From a virus (Duplodnaviria; Heunggongvirae; Uroviricota; Caudoviricetes): 64,000 nucleotides of DNA. The translations under genes were made by a program, and so were the position numbers. This document shows positions 62,156 through 64,000 of the stretch, piece after piece (within the stretch, counting starts at the first letter, position 1; the number at the start of each line of letters is the position of its first letter). The notes beneath the pieces are model-generated. The model saw only the letters and a list, made by a program, of their open reading frames with translations. It made no database searches and had not been told where the DNA came from. The stretch lies in IMG/VR virus record IMGVR_UViG_3300050581_000202; one strand, 5' to 3'.

Positions 62156-62863
62156 CTACTTCACCGAACGCAGCTTCGCCGCCAGCTTGCGGCCATAGCC
62201 CGCCGCCAGACCGACAAGGAAGCCACCGTTCACGAGCAGGGCCAGGCCCCAGAGTGGCCAGCCCTCGGCCGCTGGCTGCGGGTCCAGATCGGGTGCCCCG
62301 CCGTCGTCAATCGGCTGCGGCTCGGGGTCCGGCTGCGGACCAGGGTTCGGCTGCGGATTGGGCGTAGGGCAAGGTCCAGGTCCGGGGCAGCGCCGCTCCA
62401 TATCGCGCCGCCAGGGGAGAATCGGTCGGATGCCTTGGGCCGTGTTGACCGCACCGGCGATCGCGCCGTAAAGACCTTCGGCCGTCATAGGGAGATTCTT
62501 GCCGGACGCCTCATAGACCACCGTGCCATCCGGCGTCTGGACCCGCACAGTCGGCAGGCCCTTCACGTTCGCGGCGTACCGTTCCTGATAGATTGGGGTG
62601 CCGGCCGTGACTGGGCAGAAATGGACCTTGTTCTTCAGGCCCTTGAGGCTGGCGGTCGCCTCGAACCAGCCAAGCACGCGGAGATACGCGGCGTCGTTGG
62701 CATTGCCAACCACGCTGATGTACCACTTGCCCTGATCGTTGGGCAGATTGACGACTCGCTGTTCGGCCAGCACGCCGTTGGCCGTGGCGGTGTCCGCGAA
62801 GGACGGGACGACTGCCGCCGACACACCGAGCAACAGACAGACGCTCAAAAGGACTCGATTCAT
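62156..62863 (-). CDS. secreted Pro-rich protein with a C-terminal TM anchor (u-spanin-like architecture)
   Basis: Internal start MNRVLLSVCLLLGVSAAVVPSFA (signal peptide). A Pro-rich linker follows (PGPGPCPTPNPQPNPGPQPDPEPQP), then a C-terminal TM (LWGLALLVNGGFLVGLAAGYG). The upstream part of ORF 62156..63292 overlaps the next gene. Confidence 0.45.
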   Translation of the reverse strand: MNRVLLSVCLLLGVSAAVVPSFADTATANGVLAEQRVVNLPNDQGKWYISVVGNANDAAYLRVLGWFEATASLKGLKNKVHFCPVTAGTPIYQERYAANVKGLPTVRVQTPDGTVVYEASGKNLPMTAEGLYGAIAGAVNTAQGIRPILPWRRDMERRCPGPGPCPTPNPQPNPGPQPDPEPQPIDDGGAPDLDPQPAAEGWPLWGLALLVNGGFLVGLAAGYGRKLAAKLRSVK

Positions 62864-62895
62864 TGGTTTCCTCTCAGGGTTAGTGACTCGGTGAC

Positions 62896-63453
62896 TTACT
62901 GGGGCAGCGGGGCCGCCGGGGTGTAGATCGGCGTCACCGCCCACCCGTAACTGGCTTTCCACTCCGCGATCAGCGTCTCGCGGGGAACCCAGATAGACTT
63001 GGAGACGTTGTTGTTGTCGAGCACGGCGGCCCACTTGTCGTCCAGATGGACAAGGGCAACCATGTGGGCACCGCCCATGACCGTGATGCCGCAGCCGCGC
63101 CGCGTGCGGCAGGCCCATTCCAGGAACCGCACGTCTCCATTCTCGACGTATGCGTAACGGATGCCCTCGCGGTCGAACTTGGCGGCCATATCCTCGGGCC
63201 ATTCGCCGTTGCCGTAAGTCTTTCGCCAGTAGTCGGCGGTTCTGTAACGGCCTTGCCAGCGGAAGAGCGAGATCATGGAAGCATGGACGCACGAGCCTTC
63301 GCGGTTGCTGCCCAGCCAGTTGCTTTGCCGCAGCGCCAGCGGGACGTTGACGACCGGGCGTTCTTTCTTGACCACTCGGTTTCCGGGATTCTCGACGACT
63401 TCGCAGCCCGCAACCGAAACCAGCAGGACTAGCGCGAAGAGGATTCGTTTCAT
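62896..63453 (-). CDS. lipoprotein, putative papain-like cysteine peptidase
   Basis: Start MKRILFALVLLVSVAGC (lipobox), preceded by a GGAGG RBS. Candidate catalytic Cys (GSCVHAS) and His (GGAHMVALVH). Confidence 0.45.
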   Translation of the reverse strand: MKRILFALVLLVSVAGCEVVENPGNRVVKKERPVVNVPLALRQSNWLGSNREGSCVHASMISLFRWQGRYRTADYWRKTYGNGEWPEDMAAKFDREGIRYAYVENGDVRFLEWACRTRRGCGITVMGGAHMVALVHLDDKWAAVLDNNNVSKSIWVPRETLIAEWKASYGWAVTPIYTPAAPLPQ

Positions 63454-63905
63454 TTGAGCCTCCGAGGTTTGCAGAGGATTCGATGCCAGCGCAAGTGACG
63501 GCAGAGCCGGTTCGGATTCCAACGGCTCACGTTGTCGGTCGGGTGCAGTCCAGTCACCGCATACGCCGCCGCAACCCACTCGGAACAGAAGATCGTGTGG
63601 AGATTCGATGGATGAAACCACGACTCAATCCACGACAGGCCGACGCCGGCTGAGCGGAACGCCCCCATCGCGTCGTAGGGGACGTGAATCGTCTCCGTCA
63701 GGAACTCGGTCAGCCGCTCGTCTTCGTTGGGATAGAGCGGCCGATAAAGCGAATAGTGATACGCCTTGCCGTCATACGCCCGCACAATGTCGTCGAGCAG
63801 GTGGGCCTGCGTGCCGGTGAAGTTCTCGCGGCTGATCTCGCAGGGTAGGTTTTCCAGCGACGTGCTCTCGAAAATCAGCAGGCGGCCGTCCGAGGCATTC
63901 GCCAT
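63450..63905 (-). CDS. putative permuted papain-fold peptidase (C92/YiiX-like), candidate endolysin
   Basis: IFCSEWVAAAYAVTGL resembles the C92-family catalytic Cys motif. The call is tentative and the gene start is near the window edge. Confidence 0.35.
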   Translation of the reverse strand: MANASDGRLLIFESTSLENLPCEISRENFTGTQAHLLDDIVRAYDGKAYHYSLYRPLYPNEDERLTEFLTETIHVPYDAMGAFRSAGVGLSWIESWFHPSNLHTIFCSEWVAAAYAVTGLHPTDNVSRWNPNRLCRHLRWHRILCKPRRLK

Positions 63906-64000
63906 GATCCCGACGTGGCTGATTCCCCAAAACGGAATCCCGTAGGTGGCGACGTTGATGCCGGCGCTGATCCAGCTTCGTCCGCTGAACCCGATGATGT

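Noticed and set aside
1-64000. CRISPR arrays, rRNA or tRNA genes.
   Set aside because: No regularly spaced direct repeats with unique spacers and no rRNA-like or cloverleaf-like segments were recognised by eye. The few intergenic gaps are short. tRNAs cannot be fully excluded without tRNAscan.

Overview
This window looks like one contiguous, high-GC genome segment of a tailed dsDNA phage or prophage. It is almost entirely coding. All calls below come from reading the translated ORFs and the raw sequence by eye; no database searches were possible.

Layout:
1. ~1-25.6 kb, minus strand: a replication, recombination and nucleotide-metabolism module. It contains three DNA methyltransferases (two DPPY/FxGxG type, one MT-A70 type), a PD-(D/E)xK nuclease, a nucleoside-2-deoxyribosyltransferase-like domain fused in frame to an HNH/AP2 endonuclease, deoxyribose-phosphate aldolase, an HAD 5'-deoxynucleotidase, a CxxxCxxC Fe-S protein, an ATP-dependent DNA ligase, a sigma-70/ECF-like sigma factor, a VRR-NUC nuclease, a family A DNA polymerase, two ParB-like proteins, two metallophosphoesterases, an integrase C-terminal remnant, a secreted trypsin-like protease and an SNF2 helicase.
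2. ~25.7-31.7 kb, plus strand: a divergently transcribed block with an AEP primase-polymerase/SF3 helicase, a DUF5664-like protein, a DnaQ-like exonuclease, and Cys-rich and SEC-C-motif proteins.
3. ~31.7-64 kb, minus strand: a late module. Reading in transcription order (high to low coordinates) it runs: putative lysis proteins and a thioredoxin lipoprotein, large terminase, portal, an HNH-AP2 homing endonuclease, scaffold, major capsid, connector proteins, major tail protein, a chaperone with a candidate -1 frameshift partner, an Endo VII fusion, a 1270-aa tape measure protein, six tandem paralogous fibre-like genes, a repeat-rich tail protein and a J-like tail tip protein.

Notable non-coding or unusual elements:
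- A ~42-bp conserved element present 4 times just 5' of gene starts.
- A ~24-bp inverted repeat in the divergent region between the ParB-like gene and the primase.
- Pervasive start/stop-overlap translational coupling (ATGA, TGATG, TAATG, GTGA).

The long plus-strand ORFs in the 1-25 kb and 32-64 kb regions are antisense artefacts of the high GC content. No rRNA, tRNA or CRISPR array was recognised.
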